Assembly (NCBI GenBank): GCA_030827365.1
Contig: JAUREO010000001.1
Span: 22,312 to 86,311, forward strand
DNA: 64,000 nt
Source: Poseidonia sp.
GTDB taxonomy: Archaea > Thermoplasmatota > Poseidoniia > Poseidoniales > Poseidoniaceae
Reading direction: 5' to 3'
Shown: positions 8,273 to 17,782 of the stretch, piece after piece
Layout of the letters: every line of letters begins with the position of its first letter
How positions within the stretch are numbered: the stretch's first letter is position 1
Notes under the pieces: generated by a model
What the model saw: only the letters and a program-made list of their open reading frames with translations
Database searches by the model: none
What the model was told of the DNA's origin: nothing
Program-made: the position numbers and the translations under genes

Positions 8273-10138
8273 ATGACTGGTTCAAGATCTGGAAATAAAC
8301 AGGACCACCTTAAACCAGAAGAAATTAATGATGACAAACAAATCATTGGTCGTCAAATATGGAGGGTGGTTCCATACGCCAAGAAATATCCAAAACGAGC
8401 CATTGTGGGTATTGCAGCAAACGCTATGGCACGATTTTTTGATTTGATTCCATTTGTCGCTATTGGACTTGCTGTTGACTTTTTCACAACGAATTCACTT
8501 TCTGGCCCACAAATCGTTCAAGATGTTGTGCAGGGCATTCATTCTGAACCTGCCATTGGATATGGGATTATCATCTTCCTCAGCTTCGTGTGCTTAGCAA
8601 TTTTTCAAGGAATATCAGAATACTCATGGCAAACACTTGGTTACAAAATTCAACACGATTTGAGGATGGATGCCACCCGTTCGCTCATTGCCATGGAAGC
8701 CTCATATTACGATTTACGTCAAACAGGTCAACTTATGTCGATTTTATCGAGCGATGTCAATCAACTCGAAGACGTGGTGAGTGATTCTTCAACATCAATT
8801 ATTCGCATCATTATCACTTTTTTCACGGCGTTCTTGATCCTCGTGTTGATGTCTTGGAAACTCGCACTAATCTTGTTTGGGCCCATTATTTTCATTGTTC
8901 CAATCGTGTATTGGTTCTCAACCAATGTTCAACGAAAATACAGAAAGCAGAGGGAATCAACCGGTGATATTAATGCCATTCTTGAGAACCTCATTTCAGG
9001 AATATCCGTCGTTCAGGCATACAATGCTCAAGAATGGGAAGCACTGCGAGTGGACAAGGAATCCGGTGAATACAGGGACCAAGCAATGGCAGCAAGTAAA
9101 GACCGCAACCGATTTGTTCCGATGATTTACGCTCTTGCTGGTGTTGCATTCGGGCTTCTGGTCACAGCGGGTGGATTCCTTGTCCAACCACCAAATGCTG
9201 AAATTACGACCGGCCAATTTGTCACCTTTTTGCTCATCAGTACTCGTATGACCATGCCCATGTTCATTTTTGGTATCCTTATCAATCAACTTCAGCGTGG
9301 CGAAGCAGCAGCTCGACGTGTGTTCTCAGTGGTTGACCTCGAACCAAAAATCATCGACAAAGAAGGAGCCATTGAAATTGAAGGCGGTATAAAATCAGTC
9401 GAATTTAGGGATGTTCATTTCACCTATCCAAACACCACCACAAAAGTGCTGAGTGGTATTTCTTTCAAAGTTGAAGGAGGTGATTTTCTCGGAATTATGG
9501 GGCATACTGGTGCAGGGAAAACCACCATCCTCAAACTTTTGATGAGATATTATACTCCAGATAGCGGTGATGTGCTCATCAATGGCAAATCAATTGATGA
9601 CTTCACTCTGGATTCTTTAAGAAATGCAATCGGATTTGTGAGTCAAGAACCCTTCTTGTTCTTCGGAACCATCAAGGAAAACGTCGTTTATAATCAAGTG
9701 GCAACTGATGATGAAGTCAAACATGCCCTTCAACTCGCTGGAGCACTCGAATTTGTTGAGAACCTTGAACAAGGCTACGATACCATTGTTGGTGACCGAG
9801 GTGTGAAGTTAAGCGGTGGCCAAAGAGCGAGAATTTCACTGGCTCGTGCACTGCTCAAATCCCCAAGCCTACTCATTCTTGACGAGGCCAGCAGTGCCCT
9901 CGATGCAGAGACTGAAAAGAAAATTCAGGAAAATCTGCTTTCAACTGGTAAGGCAAGAGCAACCATCGCCGTAGCCCATCGATTGAGTACCATTCGCAAT
10001 GCAACAGAAATACTCGCCATGGTCGATGGAGCCGTCGTCGAACGAGGAAAGCATGAGGCTCTCTTATCAAATGGCGGTGTGTATTCAAGTCAATGGAATA
10101 TTCAAACCGGTTCGATGTCAGAGTCATCTACCGAATAA
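8273..10138 (+). CDS. ABC exporter, fused permease-ATPase (MsbA/MdlB-like)
   Basis: The N-terminal half has six hydrophobic helices. The C-terminal NBD has Walker A GHTGAGKTT, signature LSGGQRARISLARA and Walker B LLILDEASSALD. The first ATG free of the divergent protease gene is at 8273. Confidence 0.85.
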   Translation: MTGSRSGNKQDHLKPEEINDDKQIIGRQIWRVVPYAKKYPKRAIVGIAANAMARFFDLIPFVAIGLAVDFFTTNSLSGPQIVQDVVQGIHSEPAIGYGIIIFLSFVCLAIFQGISEYSWQTLGYKIQHDLRMDATRSLIAMEASYYDLRQTGQLMSILSSDVNQLEDVVSDSSTSIIRIIITFFTAFLILVLMSWKLALILFGPIIFIVPIVYWFSTNVQRKYRKQRESTGDINAILENLISGISVVQAYNAQEWEALRVDKESGEYRDQAMAASKDRNRFVPMIYALAGVAFGLLVTAGGFLVQPPNAEITTGQFVTFLLISTRMTMPMFIFGILINQLQRGEAAARRVFSVVDLEPKIIDKEGAIEIEGGIKSVEFRDVHFTYPNTTTKVLSGISFKVEGGDFLGIMGHTGAGKTTILKLLMRYYTPDSGDVLINGKSIDDFTLDSLRNAIGFVSQEPFLFFGTIKENVVYNQVATDDEVKHALQLAGALEFVENLEQGYDTIVGDRGVKLSGGQRARISLARALLKSPSLLILDEASSALDAETEKKIQENLLSTGKARATIAVAHRLSTIRNATEILAMVDGAVVERGKHEALLSNGGVYSSQWNIQTGSMSESSTE

Positions 10139-10404
10139 AGTGAATCTCCGAGAAGGATAACGATGGAGATGACCAAAAAGAGCGGTAGCCCGACAATGAT
10201 TGACCAAATTGAGAGACTTAATGATGAAATGATGATCTCATTAAACAATTCCGAAACGATGATGATAGCGAAGATGACCACGACTCGAACAATTGACAAC
10301 AAAGCCCTGAATCCTTTCCAGATATCGACCAAATCATCTCCATGAGTCGGTTGGTCCAATTCTTCAAAACGACGCATCAATTTTGAAGAATTCATGAATC
10401 GCAT
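10102..10404 (-). CDS. Small hypothetical membrane protein (two predicted TM helices)
   Basis: ATG-initiated 100-aa ORF with hydrophobic runs VVVIFAIIIVSELF and IVGLPLFLVISIVILL. It has no recognisable family. Its 3' end overlaps the convergent ABC gene by 37 nt. Confidence 0.4.
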   Translation of the reverse strand: MRFMNSSKLMRRFEELDQPTHGDDLVDIWKGFRALLSIVRVVVIFAIIIVSELFNEIIISSLSLSIWSIIVGLPLFLVISIVILLGDSLYSVDDSDIEPV

Positions 10405-10471
10405 TATCCCTCTTTATCAAAGGTTTTCCTTCGTTTTTGAATAAAAACTACTGATTTAAGCATAAGTTGTT

Positions 10472-11614
10472 TCAAGCGGTTCGAATTCTATCATCGATTT
10501 GAGCACCTTCTCCCGCACGACCGCCGGTTCTTCGAATCTCTTTCCACGCTTTATTCACCCCTTGCCCGTAAGCCCAATGTGCTAAGAAAACGAACAATGG
10601 GGCAAGGAAGACCGTTGCGATTGAACGATGTGGTGATGTTCCTATCGCTGCACCGAGCCAAGCCAATACAATGTAAAACGAGATGAGACCGAGAGTACCA
10701 TGAAACATTGCTCGAAAGATATCCCACTCGCCACTTAGGGTGAACCAATGAGAGGAGTCTGCACCTCCATTGATTGCCCCAAAAAGCAGCATGAGGATGC
10801 CCACGATCGTCACCCATGGGAAAAATCCGATGGCTGTATGCGACCAGGTTGCTATTTCTGGCCAGCGTTTATTCGCAACCATTCGTGTGTAGCCATAATT
10901 TCTCATTTGCTTCATGTAGGGTTTGAACGGCTTTCGTCTTCGATGAGGCATAACGTTGGATGGGTCGATGAATATCTTGTGTCCAGCACGTTGTATTTTT
11001 GCATCGAGGACCACATCTTCAGCACCGATACAGCCTTCTTCAAAGAAGTTCACTTCTCGAAGATTTTTCATTCGGTGGGCACAGTTGACTCCTGGGTTGT
11101 GAGTGATGGGTACGAGCTCACCTTTTGGTTGAGCCCCATATCTTGTTCCTGCTGTCATGAATCGTGTGCAAAAAGCAACATCAGCGCATTTTGAGCCAAA
11201 TGAATCTTCATCTGGGGCGAAATTAGGACCCCCGACTGCACCAACGTTCGGGTCGCTGAACCAACGAACTAATTTTTCAACCCAATCGAGTGGAGGGATG
11301 GTATCATCATCGGTGAATAAAATCAGGTCATAATCGATTTGCCGAAGGGCAAAGTTGCAAGCATCAGCCCTATTTCGTGAAGGGTCATCAATCCAAATCG
11401 CTTTCCATTTTTCACAGACATCTTTCGTGTGGTCTCTTGATTTCGAGTCCGAGATGACAATATCGAAATGAGGATAAGTTTGTTTTGATAACCGTTCCAA
11501 GACGATATCGAGTTCATCGGCATTGTTGATTGTAGGAATCAAAACTGCTGTTGAGTACGGGGTTCCATCCTCGCGGCATATGACGGGTACATTTGACCCT
11601 TGGCCTTCGCCCAT
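10472..11614 (-). CDS. Family-2 glycosyltransferase with C-terminal membrane domain
   Basis: GT-A motifs AVLIPTINNADELD, ISDSKSRDHT and FTDDDTIPP (DxD). C-terminal TM helices follow (IGFFPWVTIVGILMLLFG and others). Confidence 0.8.
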   Translation of the reverse strand: MGEGQGSNVPVICREDGTPYSTAVLIPTINNADELDIVLERLSKQTYPHFDIVISDSKSRDHTKDVCEKWKAIWIDDPSRNRADACNFALRQIDYDLILFTDDDTIPPLDWVEKLVRWFSDPNVGAVGGPNFAPDEDSFGSKCADVAFCTRFMTAGTRYGAQPKGELVPITHNPGVNCAHRMKNLREVNFFEEGCIGAEDVVLDAKIQRAGHKIFIDPSNVMPHRRRKPFKPYMKQMRNYGYTRMVANKRWPEIATWSHTAIGFFPWVTIVGILMLLFGAINGGADSSHWFTLSGEWDIFRAMFHGTLGLISFYIVLAWLGAAIGTSPHRSIATVFLAPLFVFLAHWAYGQGVNKAWKEIRRTGGRAGEGAQIDDRIRTA

Positions 11615-11757
11615 GTTGACCCGAGGGACACGGCCATTAAGAATTCACGGCTTATTTGAAAAATCAAAAATTATTATCAGTGCATCGTTTTCATATGTTT
11701 ATGATAATAAGTTCATAAGCCGTCGTAAATGGGTGAAGAGTGAGGGGTGTATCTCAA

Positions 11758-12498
11758 ATGATGAACGTCGCGGCCCGCCAAGAATTAATGAGTAAAATTG
11801 TTGATACCCTTGGGGTTGTAGTTGAAGATGCAAAATTTGAATTTAAGAGTGATGGATTGCATACGAGGGTGGTTGATGCATCACACGTTGCTATGATCAA
11901 ACTTGATGTCGATTCAGCTGCATTTGAAACATGGGAACTGGATGATGTTAACCTCGGCCTCGAGTTGAAGAAAATCAAAGAATTCGTGAGCCTTGGTGGT
12001 CCAACAGACTTGATTGAAATGTCTTGGAACGATGCCAGCGGAGAACTGAGCCTGAATCTCGGACTCATCGACAAAACCATGAGGCCTATCGATGAATCTG
12101 CCATCGTTTCGCCTCAAGTACCTCCACTTGAACAAAAATCAACTGTTAAAATCAACGGTGCTGCTTTGGCAACAGCCTTGCAAGCCGCTCGCCAAGTAGG
12201 AGATTTGGTGTCCTTTAGTTTGGATTCAGACCATTTTACTATTCACGTTCAAGGAAATTCAGATTCGGTGACGGTTAAATTTGGCAAAGACCAAGTTGAG
12301 TCAATCAAATGCGACAATCCAATCCGAAGTCAATATTCCTTGACATACTTAGTACCGCTCGCCAAAGTGTTCAAAACCATTGAGTCGGTTCACATTGGTT
12401 TTGGAGATAGTTACCCTCTTTCTCTTCAATTTACATTCCAAGACGGTGCAGGTGAGGTCCAATATTTCCTTGCACCACGAGTCGAGAATGAATTTTAG
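11758..12498 (+). CDS. pcn: DNA polymerase sliding clamp PCNA
   Basis: About 246 aa with the two-domain PCNA pattern: GLHTRVVDASHVAMIKLDV, SFSLDSDHFTIHVQG, SQYSLTYL and YFLAPRVE at the C-terminus. The ATG at 11758 is preceded by GAGGGGTG. Confidence 0.85.
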   Translation: MMNVAARQELMSKIVDTLGVVVEDAKFEFKSDGLHTRVVDASHVAMIKLDVDSAAFETWELDDVNLGLELKKIKEFVSLGGPTDLIEMSWNDASGELSLNLGLIDKTMRPIDESAIVSPQVPPLEQKSTVKINGAALATALQAARQVGDLVSFSLDSDHFTIHVQGNSDSVTVKFGKDQVESIKCDNPIRSQYSLTYLVPLAKVFKTIESVHIGFGDSYPLSLQFTFQDGAGEVQYFLAPRVENEF

Positions 12499-12854
12499 TA
12501 TTCTCTCCACCCATGACTACAATCATTGTTTGCACAGGTCAACATTCTCGTCTCGGGTTCATCCGATGACCTTGTTTGCTCAAGGTAGGCATAGACTTCG
12601 GTAAAATCACATTTTGGGCACATGTATGTTCCTTTTGTCAAGATACCCTGAACATTGTCTTCCTCTTTGATAATTTCATATTCTCTTGATTCGGTTTTTG
12701 TTTGGCTTGTGACCTTTGACAAATCGATTTCAGATCCATCAGTTCCTTTGACAATGAGTTTTGCAGGACCCTTGTATCCACATTTGTAATTTGTGCAAGA
12801 TATGTCTCCCGACGGTGTCGGAAATGATAAGGTTCCACATTTTGGACAAAACAT
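12495..12854 (-). CDS. tfs: Transcription elongation/cleavage factor TFS (RpoM/TFIIS-like)
   Basis: The N-terminal zinc ribbon is MFCPKCGTL...CTNYKC. The C-terminal TFIIS-type ribbon is CPKC...QTRSSDEPETRMLTC...C with the acidic SDE loop. Confidence 0.9.
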   Translation of the reverse strand: MFCPKCGTLSFPTPSGDISCTNYKCGYKGPAKLIVKGTDGSEIDLSKVTSQTKTESREYEIIKEEDNVQGILTKGTYMCPKCDFTEVYAYLEQTRSSDEPETRMLTCANNDCSHGWREY

Positions 12855-12877
12855 TACAGTGAGTTGAAACAAAGTTG

Positions 12878-12885
12878 TATATCAA
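12878..12885 (-). promoter_or_regulatory. TATA-like box (TTGATATA on the minus strand) about 24 nt upstream of the tfs ATG
   Basis: Read directly. The spacing implies a leaderless or near-leaderless transcript. Confidence 0.4.
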
Positions 12886-12966
12886 TATTGTTCATTCTCG
12901 ACATAAAACGATGGACTCGTGCATCATCATCGGAAGTGTCAAGTCAAAACCATATGTGGCCCAATT

Positions 12967-13974
12967 ATGTGGCTGGTGTACGATTGGCAGGCTGCAGTTG
13001 TCATCGACCAAGTAGGTCAAATCATTGATGACATTCAAGTTCAAGGCATACTCAGTACACGAGATATCCTTCAACGCTTGTCCGACCTTCAGAACAACCA
13101 ACCAACACCTGAAGCACTTGAATTACATCACCGCTTTAGCGATGCACAAATGTGCCAGAAACATGAGCCTAACCTTCCACTATTCGCACTGCCAGAACCA
13201 AGTATTGAAAATGTTGAACAATTCGACAAAGCACTCATTTTGCAAACCAAAATGGAAATTGAATTCGGTGCAGGACATCCAGATCGTCGGTTAGAACATC
13301 TGGTTCGGTTGTCCGATGAATTACGTTCAAGTCAATTAACACTTGAAAACCGCTGCATTGAGTGGTTTGGGGATATGTTCCCGTACGCCCAACAAAAGCG
13401 AGACCGTCACGAGTTCCTAAGAAAGGCTTCTACCCATGAGGAGATGGCAACATTTTGTGAATCAATCGGCATTGAATTACCCCAACACAATATGCCTTCA
13501 AAAGAATGGAATTTGATGAGGACTTCCGCTCAACATGTCCTTGATTTAAAGGCTGAAATTGACAGAGTTGAACAAGCCCTAAGGATGCTTTCAAACGAAT
13601 ATTTACCATCTGTATCAGTGCTGCTCGGACCTCTGCTTGCAGCGAGAATGTGTGTCGAAGCTCACGGAAGAGAACGATTGAGCAAATTACCATCAGGCAC
13701 CATACAAGTGTTGGGGGCCGAAAAGGCATTTTTCCATCATTTGAAAACAGGTTCTCCGCCGCCTAAACACGGGCATATTTTCATGCACCCATGGATTTCA
13801 CATTCACCAAAATGGGTACGAGGAAAAATATCTCGAATGCTCGCATCAAAGGTGAGTATTGCAGCAAAGATTGACGCTTTTCAAGGCGAGGCTTGGACCG
13901 AAAAAGATGTTGAAAAAATTGGAAAACGAGTTGAGGTTTTGCGCTCCGCAAAACGAAAGAAGAACCAAAAGTGA
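12967..13974 (+). CDS. Nop5 (Nop56/58) box C/D sRNP core protein
   Basis: NOSIC/Nop domain: LLGPLLAARMCVEAHGRERLSKLPSGTIQVLGAEKAFFHHLKTGSPPPKHGHIFMHPWI. It has a Lys-rich C-terminus, and its stop overlaps the fibrillarin start. Confidence 0.9.
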   Translation: MWLVYDWQAAVVIDQVGQIIDDIQVQGILSTRDILQRLSDLQNNQPTPEALELHHRFSDAQMCQKHEPNLPLFALPEPSIENVEQFDKALILQTKMEIEFGAGHPDRRLEHLVRLSDELRSSQLTLENRCIEWFGDMFPYAQQKRDRHEFLRKASTHEEMATFCESIGIELPQHNMPSKEWNLMRTSAQHVLDLKAEIDRVEQALRMLSNEYLPSVSVLLGPLLAARMCVEAHGRERLSKLPSGTIQVLGAEKAFFHHLKTGSPPPKHGHIFMHPWISHSPKWVRGKISRMLASKVSIAAKIDAFQGEAWTEKDVEKIGKRVEVLRSAKRKKNQK

Positions 13975-14684
13975 TGATGTGCATGTCAAACAATCATCAA
14001 CCGAAATCAAAGCGATTTTTGATGGAGAAATCCTCAATTTGGACACTTAACGCCACCCCCGGAAAGAGGGTCTACGGCGAGCAATTGAAACGATTCTCTG
14101 GCCAAGAATTTCGAAGATGGGACCCCTACCGTTCGAAAATTGCCGCGGCACTTTTGAGAACAAAACAAGAACCAGAAAACCTCCTGCCAAGACCAGGTTC
14201 AAACGTCTTGTATCTCGGTGCTGGGCATGGAACAACGATCAGCCATATCCATGATATTGTATGTGGGTCGAAAAACCACTCAAAAGGTCGAATCGTTGGC
14301 GTTGATATTTCTCCTCGTTGTATCCGAGATTTACTCCTCTTGGTCGAAAAACGGCCAGGTTTTATTCCAATTTTAGCAGATGCAAGAAAAAATGATTGGC
14401 AAAACGCTATGCTTCAGAGGGCTGATTGGCTTTTTCAAGATGTGTCACAAACAGGTCAATTGGACATTTTTTTAGAGACCTGTGGCAACCATCTCAAGTC
14501 AGATGCTAAGGCATTGTTTTCTTTCAAAATGGCGAGTGAACGTTGGACAGATGAAGCCATTGCCAATCAACTTGAAACGATGAAAGCAAGAATTGAACAT
14601 TCAAACTTTGTGTGTGAAGAAGTTCTTGATTTACAAGGATACGAAGACGAACATTTCCTGTTTGTCATTCGGAGTATTGGGTGA
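13974..14684 (+). CDS. flpA: Fibrillarin-like rRNA/tRNA 2'-O-methyltransferase
   Basis: Motifs VYGE, RRWDPYRSKIAAALL, VLYLGAGHGTTISHIHDIV, VGVDISPR and ILADAR. The start region GTGATGATG overlaps the nop5 stop, so the start is 13971, 13974 or 13977 (ambiguous). Confidence 0.9.
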   Translation: MMCMSNNHQPKSKRFLMEKSSIWTLNATPGKRVYGEQLKRFSGQEFRRWDPYRSKIAAALLRTKQEPENLLPRPGSNVLYLGAGHGTTISHIHDIVCGSKNHSKGRIVGVDISPRCIRDLLLLVEKRPGFIPILADARKNDWQNAMLQRADWLFQDVSQTGQLDIFLETCGNHLKSDAKALFSFKMASERWTDEAIANQLETMKARIEHSNFVCEEVLDLQGYEDEHFLFVIRSIG

Positions 14685-14689
14685 AGTGC

Positions 14690-15595
14690 ATGCCCGAATT
14701 ACCCGAAGTTGAGACTGTAAAACGTGGATTATCGTCTTCACTGCTGGGAAAAAGATTGGTTGAAGTTGTGGTGCGAACAAGTAAATTGAGGTACGATGTC
14801 CCATCGACCATTCATGAACTTGTGCAAAGAAAACTTGTCAATATTCGAAGGCGAGCGAAATATCTCTTGCTTGACTTTGAAGGTTCAATGGTCATGCTAT
14901 CACATCTTGGAATGAGTGGCCGCTATACGATTTTTTCCCCAGATGAGGTCCAAAGAGTCTTTCCTCATACAACAAATGGAGGCCAATTAAGTGCATTTGG
15001 AACAACAACCGGATACGAAGGAAAGCACGACCACCTCGAATTCAAATTTGAAGATGGCAGCGTCGCAGTGTACACTGACCCCCGAAGATTTGGCTTTATC
15101 GATGTGTTCACCTTGGATCAGGAAGGCGAACACCCAAGACTCGTACAACTTGGTCCTGAACCTTTTGATGATTGGGATGCGAAAGATTTCGCCAGTAAGA
15201 TCCACAAAAGTCAAAGGTCGATTAAATTACTGCTGCTTGAACAATCAATGGTCGTGGGCGTAGGCAACATTTACGCCTGTGAGGCGTTGCATCGAAGTGG
15301 TATTTCGCCTCGAACACTCGGAACTACATTGGTCACTCAAACCGGTAAGCCGACAAAGAAACTCCAAATATTGGTTCATGAGGTTCAAGATGTGCTTAAA
15401 GAAGCGATAGATTCAGGAGGCTCGACATTGAATGATTTTTCCAATACGGATGGTTCATTGGGGTATTTTTCACATCAATTTCAAGTCTACGGGCGAGAAG
15501 ATGAACCTTGTCTTAAACAAGGGTGTTTTGGAATTATTGAACGAATTGTGCAAGGACAAAGGTCGACTTTCCTCTGTCCGCGATGTCAAAAATGA
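14690..15595 (+). CDS. mutM: Formamidopyrimidine-DNA glycosylase (Fpg/MutM, Fpg/Nei family)
   Basis: The N-terminus MPELPEVETVKRGL provides the catalytic Pro2 and Glu3. The H2TH region is GVGNIYACEALHRSGISP. The C-terminal zinc finger is C..GC...x...CPRCQ. The ATG lies 5 nt after the flpA stop. Confidence 0.9.
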   Translation: MPELPEVETVKRGLSSSLLGKRLVEVVVRTSKLRYDVPSTIHELVQRKLVNIRRRAKYLLLDFEGSMVMLSHLGMSGRYTIFSPDEVQRVFPHTTNGGQLSAFGTTTGYEGKHDHLEFKFEDGSVAVYTDPRRFGFIDVFTLDQEGEHPRLVQLGPEPFDDWDAKDFASKIHKSQRSIKLLLLEQSMVVGVGNIYACEALHRSGISPRTLGTTLVTQTGKPTKKLQILVHEVQDVLKEAIDSGGSTLNDFSNTDGSLGYFSHQFQVYGREDEPCLKQGCFGIIERIVQGQRSTFLCPRCQK

Positions 15596-16207
15596 TTACA
15601 ATGCCCACACAACAGAAATCGCAAAGAGCCAGAGAACGCATGCGGTCATTTTGTATATTTGTTGACTATTGTTTTGGATGAATTCAAGAAACGTCGAACC
15701 CGTGAGCACAATAGCAACGATGAGATACCAAGTTGTATCGATGATCATGCCTACAAATCCAACAGCGAGTTTACTTTCCAGATTCATGTCGCTTTCAAGC
15801 ACCTGCGCGAGCACCGCAACAAGAAAAAGAGCGATTTTTGGATTAAAAAACGCTATCGCAAAACCTTCCATCCATCCTTTTTGATTTGATTGAGGCACGT
15901 CCGAATCGGACTGGAATGAATCATTTTTCCAAAGTGAGTATCCATAATAGATGAGAAGGAGGGCACCTAAAATCTGTAGGGTTTGAAACACAGAAGGGTG
16001 CTCTTCAAGCAAATAAATGAGTCCAAAAACGGCACATAATGCATACAATCCAAAACCAAATCCATGGCCGAGAGCACATGCGATACCTCGTGTTCGACCA
16101 CCAATGAGCGTATTTCGCAGAACAACGAGTAAACTTGGTCCAGGTGATATTGCACCTAAACAGAACACAGTAGCAGCAGGGAGTAAAATCCCCCATGCGA
16201 TATCCAT
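15596..16207 (-). CDS. LysE/RhtB-family amino-acid exporter
   Basis: About 200 aa with six hydrophobic helices. The N-terminal motif is ISPGPSLLVVLRNTLIGGRTRG and GFAIAFFNPKIALF also matches. Confidence 0.8.
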   Translation of the reverse strand: MDIAWGILLPAATVFCLGAISPGPSLLVVLRNTLIGGRTRGIACALGHGFGFGLYALCAVFGLIYLLEEHPSVFQTLQILGALLLIYYGYSLWKNDSFQSDSDVPQSNQKGWMEGFAIAFFNPKIALFLVAVLAQVLESDMNLESKLAVGFVGMIIDTTWYLIVAIVLTGSTFLEFIQNNSQQIYKMTACVLWLFAISVVWAL

Positions 16208-16536
16208 GTCCAGTTTAGAAGGTTGGCTTACTTATGGTTGCCGAATCAACCATTTGGAAACAGGTCATACTTGAGATTGATGTTGCTTAGAAGAGGTAAA
16301 TGGAATATGACAAACCTTGTCCTTTCTTCTCAAGGTATTTTTCACAATTTTTTGATGATTGAATCGCTGCGTTGTGAATTTTTCTGTTCTTCATTACGGT
16401 AAAGACAGCCCTCATGAGAGCGTCTCGATTTTTTCCATCACCATACTTTTCGGTCACACTATGACAATCGCCGTAGACCTACTTATATGTTGTTTAATTT
16501 GCATCATCGATGCTTCACAACTTTCAAGTGTAGTAT

Positions 16537-17652
16537 TTACACTACCTCAGCACGTTGAATTATGTTCTCGTACACGGCTTTTTTCTTTTGAGGATACACC
16601 CGAAATGTGTAATTTCCAATCTTTGCGGAACTTCCGTGCCGTCGGCCCATCATCTTGAGTCCAACCGCCCGGAGTTTAGCAATTTCAAGTCGTTCTCGCT
16701 GAGGCGATGAATGGATTTGATGTTTCAAAATATGCAATCCATAATGTATCGCGGTATCTGACTCTTGACGGGATGAGTGTCGTTTCCATCGTTGCAATTT
16801 CTTGCCTACACTGCCTTGAACGCCGTCGACAAACCACTGTTCTGAGGGGAGTGTCTGTTGTCGAATGACTTTGAGCGATTTGACATCAACAGCAACAAGC
16901 GACGGTAAGACATGATTGTAAGCACCTACGTCGACGGCGACCCAAGCACTTCGACCATCATCAATTGTATGACAGGAAGGAACTATATCTCCTCCCAATC
17001 CAAATTTTGTTGTGGTTGAATGTCCAAAAAATATCGTTCTTTTCGAATCAACGACTTTGTCGGATTGATACCATTGCTTTCGAATCCAAAGATGTTCTGC
17101 TTCACTTTGTTTGCAAATGGGTACATGGGGGTCGTAGCCTGCGTGGACAAAGCGATAAGCATCGAGTACGATTTCTGTTGGTAACGTATCCAACCATGAA
17201 AAATCATCGATCATCTTCGCTTTGGCTTTCCACAAGTCGCCATTTGATTGAACAATGTATGAGCCATAGGTAGATTTTCCACCTCGTTGCATCCAAGGCT
17301 TCCAAGCCTCAAATCCACCAGAATCTGTAAGAGATTGGATTGCCATCTGTTCATGATTGCCTTTGATGCAGATAATATTTTGATGGTTTCGAATGAACGA
17401 AATGAGTCCAGCGGAATCTGGCCCTCGGTCAATCATGTCACCTAAGCAAAGTACAATATCCTCAGGTTGAAGTTTTAGTCGATGAATAAGTGCTCTAAAG
17501 GTTTCAAAATGACCATGTATATCTCCGACAACATACACTTTGTAGTTGGCGTCAAGACAGTTTTGTAACTTAGTTTCAGTGTGAGAGCAGCGAATGCCAC
17601 GACGATACGACAGGGATTTCTTGAATCCCTTCATGTGCCGTTCTGAACTCAT
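16537..17652 (-). CDS. Calcineurin-like metallophosphoesterase (PrpA/ApaH-like Ser/Thr phosphatase family) with ~110-aa basic C-terminal extension
   Basis: Motifs VVGDIHGH, LGDMIDRGPDS, KGNHE and VHAG. The C-terminal third has no recognisable family. Confidence 0.75.
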   Translation of the reverse strand: MSSERHMKGFKKSLSYRRGIRCSHTETKLQNCLDANYKVYVVGDIHGHFETFRALIHRLKLQPEDIVLCLGDMIDRGPDSAGLISFIRNHQNIICIKGNHEQMAIQSLTDSGGFEAWKPWMQRGGKSTYGSYIVQSNGDLWKAKAKMIDDFSWLDTLPTEIVLDAYRFVHAGYDPHVPICKQSEAEHLWIRKQWYQSDKVVDSKRTIFFGHSTTTKFGLGGDIVPSCHTIDDGRSAWVAVDVGAYNHVLPSLVAVDVKSLKVIRQQTLPSEQWFVDGVQGSVGKKLQRWKRHSSRQESDTAIHYGLHILKHQIHSSPQRERLEIAKLRAVGLKMMGRRHGSSAKIGNYTFRVYPQKKKAVYENIIQRAEVV

Positions 17653-17782
17653 GAATGAACATCGAGTATTCTTGAAAGACTATATGTTCTTCTCAATATT
17701 TGCGCATTTGAAGGTCGTTTTTTCAAGTACATTTGTTAAATCAAAAAAACTTGAGTTTAAACGGTGATGCGAGATTGATTAA

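Noticed and set aside
10474-10500. GGTTCGAAT T-loop-like string suggesting a second tRNA
   Set aside because: The flanking bases cannot form a T stem or an acceptor stem. The string lies in the last codons of the GT2 gene.
13968-13980. GTGATGA (C-box-like) at the nop5/flpA junction as a possible box C/D sRNA
   Set aside because: There is no D box (CTGA) at the appropriate distance and no terminal stem. The sequence is fully explained as the overlapping stop and start codons.
16359-16658. 99-aa plus-strand ORF
   Set aside because: It overlaps the 3' end of the phosphatase gene on the opposite strand. Its composition is Cys/Ile/Phe-rich and odd, and it has no start context.
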